Assembly: GCA_050014495.1 (NCBI GenBank) | Contig: JBEKDF010000007.1 | Coordinates: 16,089 to 48,088, forward strand | DNA: 32,000 nucleotides | Direction: 5' to 3' | Source of the DNA: Candidatus Bathyarchaeia archaeon | Lineage (GTDB): Archaea; Thermoproteota; Bathyarchaeia; TCS64 | Shown: in pieces, positions 1-9,175 of the stretch | Position numbering within the stretch: the first letter of the stretch is position 1 | Layout: each line of letters opens with the position of its first letter | Position numbers and translations under genes: made by a program | The notes under the pieces: generated by a model | Databases searched by the model: none | What the model was told of the DNA's origin: nothing | Seen by the model: only the letters and a program-made list of their open reading frames with translations

Positions 1-765
1 CTCGGCGGCTTCGGGGCTGGCATCGTTGTCGCCTTCTTAAGACTCGCCACCCTCAAGGAAACCCTCGATCCGTCGCAGGTGCAGAAGATAAACTACAGGG
101 ACTTTTTCGGCTTCCTAAAGGATAGTTACGGGAGCTTCATAGACACACTCAAGTGGATGCCCCCCGAGGTTAGAGCCCTCGCGGTGCTGCAGGTTATGCA
201 GATATTTTTCATAGGGATTGCCTCTTCCTTCTGGGTCGTCTACGCGACTACAATCATAGGCGTAAGCGCCGTATTCTGGGGGCTAACATCAGCGCTTCAG
301 GGGGGAGTCAACATGCTCTTCGCTTTGCCAGCTGGGAAACTGATGGATAGGATCGGCAGAAAGAAGCTGCTCATACCGATTCTAGCACTGGCACCTCTCT
401 TTCCCATAGCCTTCCTTTTCATACATAACAGCAATGTTCTCTTAGCCTTCGTTGTATCAGTCGCTGTCGTGAATGCCTTCCTCTTACCCGGTTTCCAGTC
501 ACTACTCGCTGACTACACTCCAAGGAACCGGAGGGGGCGCGTCATCTCCGCGGTTGGAAGCGGGGCCTTCGTCCTCGACATACAGGGCAATATATGGGGT
601 GGAGGAATGCTACTCTTCATTCCCCTCGCCATAGCCCAGATAATTGGAGGAGCACTATACGAGTTCGCACCAAGTTTGCCATTCATAATGACGGCCGTGG
701 GCTTAATCCCAGTCGCCATCTACGCACGCTATAGAGTAAGTGATCCACGGAAGATCGAGGCTTAG
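1..765 (+). CDS. MFS-type transporter, C-terminal portion (5' end lies upstream of the window)
   Basis: Frame 1 is open from base 1 (LGGFGAGIVVAFLRLATLKE...) and runs into the listed 79..765 ORF. It has several hydrophobic helices and an MFS loop motif (GKLMDRIGRKK). Confidence 0.75.
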   Translation, partial: LGGFGAGIVVAFLRLATLKETLDPSQVQKINYRDFFGFLKDSYGSFIDTLKWMPPEVRALAVLQVMQIFFIGIASSFWVVYATTIIGVSAVFWGLTSALQGGVNMLFALPAGKLMDRIGRKKLLIPILALAPLFPIAFLFIHNSNVLLAFVVSVAVVNAFLLPGFQSLLADYTPRNRRGRVISAVGSGAFVLDIQGNIWGGGMLLFIPLAIAQIIGGALYEFAPSLPFIMTAVGLIPVAIYARYRVSDPRKIEA

Positions 766-786
766 CCTTTGTTTCACAGTGATTGT

Positions 787-993
787 TTATTCTTTTTCCA
801 GCATCACGGATTTTGACTTAACCATCACCTTGACCTGGTCACCTACTTTTAGCTGAAGATCGTCAACTGACTCCTTGGTGATGACGGAGGTTATTACACT
901 TGGTTTGATCTCCACCTTCACCATGGCCATTATCTTGTCCGTTTCGACCTTCAGGATCTTGCCCTCTATTAGGTTTCTAGCGCTTGTCTTCAT
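787..993 (-). CDS. Mop-type molybdate/molybdopterin-binding protein (single TOBE domain)
   Basis: 68 aa. 'SARNLIEGKILKV' and 'ITKESVDDLQLKVGDQVKVMVKSKSVML' match the TOBE/Mop signature as I remember it. Confidence 0.85.
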   Translation of the reverse strand: MKTSARNLIEGKILKVETDKIMAMVKVEIKPSVITSVITKESVDDLQLKVGDQVKVMVKSKSVMLEKE

Positions 994-1176
994 AATGGTC
1001 AGATTTTGCTGAGAATTGGTTGAATATGAATCATTTGGTGAATAATGGGATCTGGGGCCCCAAAATTCGAATGTGTGGCTATTTTGGGAAGACTCGAATA
1101 GGATTCTATTTTGGTTGTTGATTGACTTCTTAAAAGTGTTTTAATTGTGGTCTCGCGAACTAATTCCGAAAATCCA

Positions 1177-1398
1177 ATGGCTGGTACGAAGAGGAGCGAG
1201 ATACACCCCGGTGATGCGGTCGATGTGGTTCTTAAGAAGGATCAGGGGACGGGGAAACTCACGGGGGGAGTGGTTAAGGAGATTCTTACTGGAAGCCAGT
1301 TTCATCCACACGGGATTAAGGTACGCCTAGTTGACGGTAAGGTGGGGCGAGTCAAGTCCATCCATGCGAAGGGGAGCAAACCAAGCGAAGACCCTTAA
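1177..1398 (+). CDS. YwbE/DUF2196-family small protein
   Basis: The core 'GDAVDVVLKKDQGTGKLTGGVVKEILTGSQFHPHGIKVRLVDGKVGRV' is the YwbE hallmark. I prefer the ATG at 1177 over the GTG at 1147 used by the ORF track. Confidence 0.7.
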   Translation: MAGTKRSEIHPGDAVDVVLKKDQGTGKLTGGVVKEILTGSQFHPHGIKVRLVDGKVGRVKSIHAKGSKPSEDP

Positions 1399-1442
1399 TC
1401 TTGTGTGCGAATATCGCGGGTTTATGGATGGAGTTAGTGGGT

Positions 1443-1955
1443 CTAGAACCTCAATTTGCCATAACCCTGGGTGATCTCATCCTTGTGCAGTTTAACGTAA
1501 CTACAACTTGGAGTCGCGCCACATTTCCGGCATGCGATATCGTAGGTAGAGTTAAGAGTCCGACAATTGGTGCAAGTGTAGTGTTCAGTCTTCTCCGCAT
1601 ACCATTTTTCGTAGCCAACTTTCTTGATGCGCTCTTGGGATTCCCATAGTTCGATGCGGTGAGGCATCTCCTTTTGAAACGCCTTCAACTCCACGCAGGG
1701 ATACTCAGGGCATTCGCCGCAGAAGTTGATTCCTTTTTCAACGGAGCATTTCGTCATTTTACAATATTTTCTACAGAAAAAGGCACGTTTCTCAGATCGA
1801 CAACCGTGGCACTCCAATTCCTCCACGGGAAGTTGTAGGTGCATAGCCATCATTTTTAGCCTTTCAGGATCTTCTTTGGTTCCAATGAAAAAGGTGCACG
1901 CGAGACAAAATAATCCGCAGACGGCAGCTAGCCTTTTGTCTGGAGTGATACTCAT
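1443..1955 (-). CDS. DUF3795-like cysteine-rich protein (putative metal binding)
   Basis: It has 'AAVCGLFCLAC' near the N-terminus followed by CHGC, CxxxC, CGEC and CxxC pairs. The start is ambiguous: ATG at 1955 (preferred) or GTG at 2039. Confidence 0.6.
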   Translation of the reverse strand: MSITPDKRLAAVCGLFCLACTFFIGTKEDPERLKMMAMHLQLPVEELECHGCRSEKRAFFCRKYCKMTKCSVEKGINFCGECPEYPCVELKAFQKEMPHRIELWESQERIKKVGYEKWYAEKTEHYTCTNCRTLNSTYDIACRKCGATPSCSYVKLHKDEITQGYGKLRF

Positions 1956-2094
1956 TTTAATATTCGTATCTTTTGCATTCTTTTGTGATTTGTGGTATGA
2001 AACCAAGTTTTCACAGCAGATGAGCACATGATTTGACACTTAATATGCCACTAGCGCAGGCGCAGGAAGTCCTAAATCTAGTAAACCATACACA

Positions 2095-3057
2095 TTGCCA
2101 GTGTCAAACTTGAGCCTAAACGAAGCAAAGACAGCTGAACTCTATCGCGTCATGATCCGGATCAGGACCTTCGAGAACGCCGTCAGGAGGCTGACGAAGG
2201 AGGGAAAGATACCCGCGCGCTTTGGACTCTACACTGGACAGGAGGCCGTGGCAGCGGGCGTCTCCGCCCACCTCAGAAAGGGTGACCAGATCGGCAGCAC
2301 CCACAGGGCACTCGGCCACCTCATAGCTAAGGGCTGCGACCTAGACAAGCTCATGGCTGAACTCATGGGAAAGGAGACGGGCTTCAACCACGGTAAAGCG
2401 GGCCCCTATCACACCTTCGATCCTAGCGTTGGCGCCCTCGGAGCGAACGGCGTCGTGGGCGGAAGCGTTCCGATGACCGCTGGCTATGCTCTCGCCGACC
2501 AGCTCAAGGGTAAGAGAAGCGTCGCGGTCTCCTACTTCGGGGAGGGTGGTAGTAACCAGGGTGGTGTCCAGGAGACGCTTAACCTCGCCGCATGCTGGCA
2601 GCTACCAATGGTCTTCGTCTGCGAGAACAGCAGCCCCGAGGTGCAACGGATGCTGGGCCACGAGATAGATTACCCACAGCTCAGCATTGATAAGGTCAGC
2701 CTCAGGGCGAAGAACTACGGAATGCCAGGTTCGACCCACACGGGCTGGGATGTCGCTGAGGTCTATAAGGCATCTGGGAAGGCGATTAGGCGCGCACGCG
2801 CCGGTAAAGGCCCCACCCTACTCGAGTTCAAGGTTCACCAGCTCGAGGGAAACCTGGAGGGACACCTTGAGGCGAACGAGAAGGAGAGGCAGTGGGACCC
2901 CATCGACCTCCTCAAGCAGAAGATACCTAAGAAGCTGGATGAGCAGATCAGGGCGCAGGAGGCGGCGAAGATCCAGGAAGCCATCAACTTTGGATTAAGG
3001 AGTCCAGAGCCAACGCCAGAGCAGGCGTATACCTGCGTCTATGAGGAGGCTGACTGA
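2095..3057 (+). CDS. TPP-dependent 2-oxoacid (pyruvate/branched-chain/acetoin-type) dehydrogenase E1 component, alpha subunit
   Basis: 'YTGQEAVAAGV' and 'YFGEGGSNQGGVQETLNLAACWQLPMVFVCENS' are the E1-alpha TPP-binding motifs. The start is TTG at 2095, with GTG 2101 and TTG 2110 as alternatives. Confidence 0.85.
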   Translation: MPVSNLSLNEAKTAELYRVMIRIRTFENAVRRLTKEGKIPARFGLYTGQEAVAAGVSAHLRKGDQIGSTHRALGHLIAKGCDLDKLMAELMGKETGFNHGKAGPYHTFDPSVGALGANGVVGGSVPMTAGYALADQLKGKRSVAVSYFGEGGSNQGGVQETLNLAACWQLPMVFVCENSSPEVQRMLGHEIDYPQLSIDKVSLRAKNYGMPGSTHTGWDVAEVYKASGKAIRRARAGKGPTLLEFKVHQLEGNLEGHLEANEKERQWDPIDLLKQKIPKKLDEQIRAQEAAKIQEAINFGLRSPEPTPEQAYTCVYEEAD

Positions 3058-3058
3058 G

Positions 3059-4030
3059 ATGCCAGCGCGTGAGATCACATTTGGCCAGGCTTTGAACGAG
3101 GCTCACCTAGCCGAGATGGAGCGCGACCCTAAAGTCATAGTATTTGGCGAGAATGTCTCCAGCCATTGGAGGGAAGCCACGAAGGGACTCAAGGAGAAGT
3201 TTGGTCGTGAGCGCGTCCGAGACGCGCCCATCACCGAGACCGCATTCATAGGAGCAGGCGTCGGCGCGGCCATAGCAGGTTACCGACCAGTCGTTGAGCT
3301 CATGCTTGTGGACTTTGGCTTAGTCGCGATGGATCAGATTCTGAATCAGTTCGCTAAGAGCACCTACATGAGTGGTGGTGCTGTCAGCGTCCCGATGACT
3401 CTTCGCGTCCTTACCGGTGCTGGAACTAGTAGCGGTGCGACGCATAGTGAGAGCCTCCACGGGCTCTTCGCCCATATGCCGGGGCTCAAAGTCGTAGTTC
3501 CGAGCAACCCCTACGACGCTAAGGGTCTACTCATTAGCAGTATTCGTGACCCTAACCCGAAGATCTTCATGGAACACAGGCTGCTCTACCCGGTTAAGGG
3601 ACAGGTCCCGAGTGAACCATACGAAGTACCCCTAGGTATCGCTAACCTAGTTCGTGAGGGAAAGGATGTCACGGTCGTCGCTACTAGTCTGATGGTGCAG
3701 GAGGCGATGAAGGCCGCCGATGAGCTCAAGGGTAAGATAAGTGTAGAGGTCATCGATCCTCGCACCCTCGTCCCACTTGATGTGGAGGCGATAGTGGGCT
3801 CCGTCAAGAAGACTGGGCACCTAGTCGTAGTGGACGAGGACTATCTCCACTATGGTTTCAGTGGGGAGATCGTTGCCTTAGCAGCGGAGAATGCGTTGAA
3901 GAGCCTGGAGGCACCGCCGATCCGTGTCGCGACTCCAAACATTCCGCTACCCTTTAACCCTAGGCTCGAGAAGGAGCTACTTCCCAGTAAGGAGAAGATC
4001 ATCGCTGCGATTAAGCAAGTCAGAGATTAA
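3059..4030 (+). CDS. 2-oxoacid dehydrogenase E1 component, beta subunit
   Basis: 'EITFGQALNEA' and 'RVRDAPITETAFIGAGVGAAIAGYRPVVE' plus a transketolase-like C-terminal domain. The ATG at 3059 lies 2 nt after the alpha stop with GGAGG about 10 nt upstream. The ORF-track start at 3041 would overlap alpha. Confidence 0.85.
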   Translation: MPAREITFGQALNEAHLAEMERDPKVIVFGENVSSHWREATKGLKEKFGRERVRDAPITETAFIGAGVGAAIAGYRPVVELMLVDFGLVAMDQILNQFAKSTYMSGGAVSVPMTLRVLTGAGTSSGATHSESLHGLFAHMPGLKVVVPSNPYDAKGLLISSIRDPNPKIFMEHRLLYPVKGQVPSEPYEVPLGIANLVREGKDVTVVATSLMVQEAMKAADELKGKISVEVIDPRTLVPLDVEAIVGSVKKTGHLVVVDEDYLHYGFSGEIVALAAENALKSLEAPPIRVATPNIPLPFNPRLEKELLPSKEKIIAAIKQVRD

Positions 4031-4101
4031 CGTTCTCCATATTTTCTATCGTTGTGTAAAGGCTTAAAGTGGGGTAGCCCGCCTAATTCGAGGGAGTCCC
4101 G

Positions 4102-4935
4102 ATGGTTAAATGCGACAAGTGCGGCGTTGAAACATACATGCCCTTTAGGTGCAACTACTGTGGGGGCTACTTCTGCGAGCAGCACAGGCTTCCGGAGTTT
4201 CATGATTGCCAGGGCAAATACGACCAAACGAAGCCGAAAAATGCTGAAAAGAAGCCGGTTACCGTTCAGGTCGGGGATTACTCCACATCAGGTGGATTCT
4301 ACAGTAACTACTCGAGTAGTCGAATCATACGCCCATACTGGTTTAGTAGGAAGGAGCTGCGAGACCTCGCCATCGGGCTGCTCGTTATCGTGACGCTGCC
4401 GTTCTTCAAGATATGGAGCTACTTTTCGGTTGATCCTGGCTTCGTTGTGGGTATCGTTAGCATCCTCGCTCTCGCCTTCATTCTCCACGAACTCGCTCAC
4501 AAGTTCGCTGCGCAACGTTACGGAATGTGGGCCGAGTTTAGGCTAAGTACTTTAGGCCTTCTCTTCACATTCATATCATTCATACTGTTACAGACCTCGA
4601 TTTTCCCAATAATGATAGTCGCTCCAGGTGCTGTGATGATTGCAGGCCTCATGAATAAGAACGAGTATGGTAAGATCTCGATAGCTGGCCCTGGTACCAA
4701 TATCGCCCAAGGGATCATCTATCTCATCATCTACCTCATCACACCCATGAGTCTAGTTGGGGGACTGGCTGGCTACGGCATCGAGATAAACGCATACCTA
4801 GCTCTCTTCAACCTCATCCCCTTCGGAGTATTCGACGGGATGAAGATATTCAATTGGGATAAGAGGGTCTGGGTGGCAGCTATACTCGCGGCGGGTCTAC
4901 TGCTACTCTTCGCCATGTTCACTTTTGGGTTCTAG
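4102..4935 (+). CDS. AN1-type zinc finger fused to a site-2-protease (M50) family membrane metalloprotease
   Basis: The N-terminus 'CDKCGVETYMPFRCNYCGGYFCEQHRLPEFHDC' is an AN1 finger. 'HELAHKF' (HExxH) sits in a hydrophobic segment and 'FNLIPFGVFDG' is the second S2P motif. There are multiple TM helices. Confidence 0.8.
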   Translation: MVKCDKCGVETYMPFRCNYCGGYFCEQHRLPEFHDCQGKYDQTKPKNAEKKPVTVQVGDYSTSGGFYSNYSSSRIIRPYWFSRKELRDLAIGLLVIVTLPFFKIWSYFSVDPGFVVGIVSILALAFILHELAHKFAAQRYGMWAEFRLSTLGLLFTFISFILLQTSIFPIMIVAPGAVMIAGLMNKNEYGKISIAGPGTNIAQGIIYLIIYLITPMSLVGGLAGYGIEINAYLALFNLIPFGVFDGMKIFNWDKRVWVAAILAAGLLLLFAMFTFGF

Positions 4936-4974
4936 GGTCCCGCTTATCTACCAGTTACGCATATCCCTCCCCGT

Positions 4975-5865
4975 ATGATCGTCATACCCGGTCCCTCTTC
5001 CCTCGGACTAGGATGGAGGATCGCGGAGTTGCTAGGAGTTGAGCCCCAACCCGTAGAGCACCGCGTCTTCCCCGACGGGGAGAGTTACATAAGGTTGACA
5101 AAACCTGTCTCGGGTGAGAGGGTCGTTATTGTGCAGACGACAGCCCCTAACCCTGACTCGAAGCTGATGCAGCTCTTCCTGATGGCTAGGACGGCGAAGG
5201 ATTTTGGGGCAAGTAACATTGTAGCTGTGGTCCCCTACCTCGCCTACGCTCGTCAAGATAAGAGGTTCCTAGAGTTCGAGGCGCTGAGCCTAGACATCAT
5301 AGTTAGCCTGCTAGATGCCGCGGGTGTATCTGACCTTATCGTCGTGAATGTTCACAACGAGGGTTCGATTCGCTCCATCGAGGAAAAACACGGGGTCAAG
5401 ATCCATAACCTATCCGCGGTCCCGTTGATCTCGGAGTATCTGAAGAGGGAGGGCTTCGATGGTGCACTCAGTCTCTCCCCCGACAAGGGAGCCATATACA
5501 TCGTGGAAACCGCCTCCAAGATACTCGGTGGAGGATACAATTTCTTTGAGAAGACCCGCGACAGGAAAACAGGTGAGATCAAGATGGAGGCCAAGGCCCT
5601 CAATATTAGGGGTCGCAGAGCCGTGGTTTTCGACGATATGATAAGCAGTGGTGGGACTATGGCGAAGGCTGTGGAGGCCCTCAAGGCTCAGGGTGCCGAG
5701 AGGGTGGCAGCGGCCTGCACGCATGTGCTCTATATGCCTGGCGCTGAGGAGAAGATCAGGAAGGCCGGCGCCGATCCCATCCTTGCAACAGATTCGATTG
5801 AGACATCCTTCAGTAAAGTGAGTTTAGCGAGTCTCATCGCTGACAAGCTAAGGGAGTTTAAGTAG
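4975..5865 (+). CDS. prs: Ribose-phosphate pyrophosphokinase (PRPP synthetase)
   Basis: 'FPDGESYIRL', 'VVPYLAYARQDKRF' and the PRPP loop 'VFDDMISSGGTMAKA'. The length (296 aa) is typical of archaeal Prs. Confidence 0.9.
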   Translation: MIVIPGPSSLGLGWRIAELLGVEPQPVEHRVFPDGESYIRLTKPVSGERVVIVQTTAPNPDSKLMQLFLMARTAKDFGASNIVAVVPYLAYARQDKRFLEFEALSLDIIVSLLDAAGVSDLIVVNVHNEGSIRSIEEKHGVKIHNLSAVPLISEYLKREGFDGALSLSPDKGAIYIVETASKILGGGYNFFEKTRDRKTGEIKMEAKALNIRGRRAVVFDDMISSGGTMAKAVEALKAQGAERVAAACTHVLYMPGAEEKIRKAGADPILATDSIETSFSKVSLASLIADKLREFK

Positions 5866-5962
5866 ATCTCTAATTCTGATATGCGCTAATTATTTGCAAA
5901 GACGAAGACCAAGATCAATCAAGTATCGCTTATTAAAATTAGTTCTTTGCTAGGTTCATAAA

Positions 5963-6247
5963 TTAGACTGGGTCGTCGTCTTCTGGTCCTTTATTCTCTA
6001 GGGGGTTGACCGGGGTTTGCTGGTCGGGTTCGAGGGTTTTCATGTCCTCCTCGACCTCTGCCTCGGGTGTGAGTTTGGGTTTTCGGATGAAGACGAGGAT
6101 CTCTCCGTTGATCGGTTGGGTTTTCCACTCTAGGTCGTCATTGTTGTGGAGGTCGAGTAGTTCGACGATTGAGTCGGGGATCGTGGTTCTCAACGAGTTG
6201 CTCGCTGGATTCGACTTGAAGACCTTTGTAGTCTTAACCATATTCAT
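5963..6247 (-). CDS. AbrB/SpoVT-like DNA-binding protein with an acidic, proline-rich C-terminal tail
   Basis: 'SLRTTIPDSIVELLDLHNNDDLEWK...GEILVFIRK' fits the swapped-hairpin AbrB/MazE pattern. The A/T box 'gttttataag' lies about 35 nt upstream of the ATG. Confidence 0.55.
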   Translation of the reverse strand: MNMVKTTKVFKSNPASNSLRTTIPDSIVELLDLHNNDDLEWKTQPINGEILVFIRKPKLTPEAEVEEDMKTLEPDQQTPVNPLENKGPEDDDPV

Positions 6248-6361
6248 TTTTCACTGCAGTTTAAGTTTCATCACGTCTTATAAAACTAGTCTAGAAATAA
6301 TCCTATGGAGGGCTCACTAATCGCTTGTGTGTGCTATTCGTCAGCTCGTTAGGTTAATAAT

Positions 6362-8920
6362 CTAAATCTCATTCCTGCTGAAAAAAATGTGCTTAACCAC
6401 CTCAACCATGAGGAAATAGACAATCAGGATCCCGAAGATTAACCCTAAGAACCATAGTGGTGGCTGGACGAACTCAAACAAGGGGCCGACCGGTGAGTAA
6501 ACAATGACTAGAGTCATTAAACCCATGATGGCTGAGGCCACCAGCAGGAGGCGACTTGGCTTTGACTCGTAGAACCTTCTCCGGGTCCTGATCGAGAAGG
6601 TGACGAGGATCTCTGAGAGGACAGACTCAATGAACCAACCGGTCCGGAAGAGCTCCTGGCTCGCTTGCAGCCAGTAGACCAATGAGAATATTGTGATGAA
6701 GTCGAAGATGGAGCTAATGAGGCCGAAGAACACGGCGAATCTCGCTATCTTCCCTATGTCCCACTTCTTAGGAGATCTCAGGCTCTCCTGATCGAGGCTG
6801 TCGGTCGAAATCGCGAGCAGTGGGACATCGGACACCAGGTTTGTCAGAAGTATCTGGGAGGGTAAGAGTGGTATGAATGGGAGGACCAGAGACACGATGG
6901 CGAGGGTAAACATGTTGCCCAGGTTCGCGCTTGTCGTGTTCATGATGTATTTGACCATGTTGCCGAAGGCCTTTCTCCCCTCGACAACACCATCGGAAAT
7001 AACGCTCAAGCTCTTCTCAAGCAGAATTATTGATGCGGCTTCCTTGGCGACTTGAACACCCGACTCTACAGATATGCCCGCATCCGCTGCTTTCAAGGCC
7101 GGGGCGTCGTTCACACCGTCGCCGAGAAATCCAACAGTGTGGCCGTTCTTCTTCAGTGAGCTTACGATCAGGTATTTTTGGTCCGGGGTGACTCGCCCGA
7201 AGACATTACTCTTCTCTAAAGCATGGCTCACATCACTCTCCTGCATTTTCGCGATGTCCATGCCCGTGAGCACTTTTTCTCCGACGTCGACTCCCAGTTT
7301 ATTGCAGACGTCCGCAGTTACAACCTGATCGTCGCCACTAAGAATCTTCAGCCCTATTTCTAGTGACTTCAGTTGCTCGATGGCTTTGGAGGCGTCCTCC
7401 TTTATCGGATCGGATAGTACAATTAACCCAATGAGTGTCAGATTCGATTCGTCTGCCGGTGAATAATCCGGTTTACGCTCGATTTCCTTACCACCTAACG
7501 CTATCAGCCTGGTGCCGACCTGCCTATACTTGTCAATTTGCTGGTTTAGCTCTTTATTCGGTTGCGTCAAAGGTCTGGCTTCTGTTAAAGTACCGATGGT
7601 TGTTGATACATCGAGGATCGACTCAGGCGCGCCTTTCGAGATGAGGAACCTGCGGCCACCGGTCTCAACAACGACGCTTACTCTTCGTCTATTGAAGGCG
7701 AAGGAGATCTCCTTAATGTGTTCAAACGAGTTGAGAATGGCTTCGTCGAATCCCTTGCCTCTGGCATAGTTCCACATCGCGACGTCAATTGGGTTTCCGA
7801 GTATCCTGTCTCCTTCGACAACTGCTGGGCTACTTAAGAGTGCATACTTGATTAGGTCTGGGTCAGCGTTACCGTCAGGGTTGACGATTTCCTGAACCTT
7901 GATCTCATTTTGGGTTAGAGTGCCAGTCTTATCGGTGCAGAGAATATCGATATTACCAATATCTTCTATTGCTTCGAGTTTTTTGACAACTACCTTCTTT
8001 TTTGATAGTCGAAGCGCCCCATTCGACAATCCAACAGTGATAACTACGGGTAGGGCTTCCGGGATTATTCCCACGGCTAGCGCCAATGAGAAGATGAGGG
8101 ACTCTAGGATCCCGCGACCCAGTATCGAGTTAACGATGAATATGAAAAACGTTAAAATTATGATCAGTTTGATGAGGAAGTTACCGAAGCTAGCTAGGCT
8201 TTTCTGAAAAGCGGTCATAGGAGGAGACGCAGAGAGACTTGAGGCTACTTTACCAAAGTACGTCCTTTTTCCTGTGGCGACGACTAATCCGTCCCCCGAG
8301 CCGTTTGATACGATTGAGCCCATCAAGGCGATGTTCGATAATTGGTGTGGGAGTGGATTGTCGAGTTCAATCGGTGCAGTGTTCTTGGTGATTCCTGCGG
8401 ATTCGCCTGTGAGTGCGGACTCATCGGTCTGGAGGTCGTCTACATCAAGTAACCTGATGTCAGCTGGAACGACGTCACCTATTGCAAGGTATAGAAAGTC
8501 TCCGGGTACCAGTTTGCTTGCATCAACTGCGACCTTCTTTCCGCTCCTAACTGCTATGGTTGTGTAGGAGAGTATCTTTCTGAGTTCGTCGACGGCTCGG
8601 TCTGCTCGGTATTCTAGATAGAACCCCAGGGCAGTGTTCACAGACATTATTGCAATTATGATTATTGCTTCGGTAAAGTCTCCCAGGAAGGCTGCCAGAA
8701 CTGATGCGAATACTAGAACGTAGACTAAGGGGTTCGTGAGCTGGGAGACGAAGATGTTGAATGCAGTTTTGTGCCCCGCATGGGGAATCTCGTTTGCCCC
8801 AAATTCCTTGAGCCTACGAACGGCCTCAGCTTCGTCGAGTCCGGAGGGTGAGGAGTTTAACTCTGTTAGTAGCTCCTCTTTCCGTAACTTCCAGTAGCTG
8901 ATTTCCTTCGCTTCGGACAA
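6362..8920 (-). CDS. mgtA: P-type ATPase, MgtA-like (Mg2+-importing type, P3B)
   Basis: It has TGES, DKTGTLT and GDGVNDAPALKAADAGISV. 'PEALPVVITVGLSNGALRLSKKKVVVKKLEAIEDIGNIDILCTDKTGTLTQ' closely follows the MgtA pattern I remember. The only available start is TTG at 8920. Confidence 0.7.
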   Translation of the reverse strand: MSEAKEISYWKLRKEELLTELNSSPSGLDEAEAVRRLKEFGANEIPHAGHKTAFNIFVSQLTNPLVYVLVFASVLAAFLGDFTEAIIIIAIMSVNTALGFYLEYRADRAVDELRKILSYTTIAVRSGKKVAVDASKLVPGDFLYLAIGDVVPADIRLLDVDDLQTDESALTGESAGITKNTAPIELDNPLPHQLSNIALMGSIVSNGSGDGLVVATGKRTYFGKVASSLSASPPMTAFQKSLASFGNFLIKLIIILTFFIFIVNSILGRGILESLIFSLALAVGIIPEALPVVITVGLSNGALRLSKKKVVVKKLEAIEDIGNIDILCTDKTGTLTQNEIKVQEIVNPDGNADPDLIKYALLSSPAVVEGDRILGNPIDVAMWNYARGKGFDEAILNSFEHIKEISFAFNRRRVSVVVETGGRRFLISKGAPESILDVSTTIGTLTEARPLTQPNKELNQQIDKYRQVGTRLIALGGKEIERKPDYSPADESNLTLIGLIVLSDPIKEDASKAIEQLKSLEIGLKILSGDDQVVTADVCNKLGVDVGEKVLTGMDIAKMQESDVSHALEKSNVFGRVTPDQKYLIVSSLKKNGHTVGFLGDGVNDAPALKAADAGISVESGVQVAKEAASIILLEKSLSVISDGVVEGRKAFGNMVKYIMNTTSANLGNMFTLAIVSLVLPFIPLLPSQILLTNLVSDVPLLAISTDSLDQESLRSPKKWDIGKIARFAVFFGLISSIFDFITIFSLVYWLQASQELFRTGWFIESVLSEILVTFSIRTRRRFYESKPSRLLLVASAIMGLMTLVIVYSPVGPLFEFVQPPLWFLGLIFGILIVYFLMVEVVKHIFFSRNEI

Positions 8921-9134
8921 TAGTATTCAAAAGTTTTTACCTACTTGAAATAGGTTTGGCTATGCTTAGCCATTTGATGGGCTTCTTTCGTCTTAAAACA
9001 TTGGTTTTCCATCATGTTTCATGAACTTGGCATATTGCGTATATGCAATCATGTCGTCGTGGCACGCGCAACGACTATTAAAAATCTGAGCACGCTTCAA
9101 GCGAGAACCCTCCCGGAGACGAGAGAAATGTTTG

Positions 9135-9151
9135 CACGCGAATATTTATCC
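9135..9151 (+). promoter_or_regulatory. Candidate BRE/TATA promoter core of the anSME-like gene (CACGCGAATATTTATCC)
   Basis: The A/T part lies 25-33 nt upstream of the ATG at 9176. A near-identical copy occurs at 19707-19721. Confidence 0.45.
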
Positions 9152-9175
9152 AAACTGGACCACGTGATTATATAA

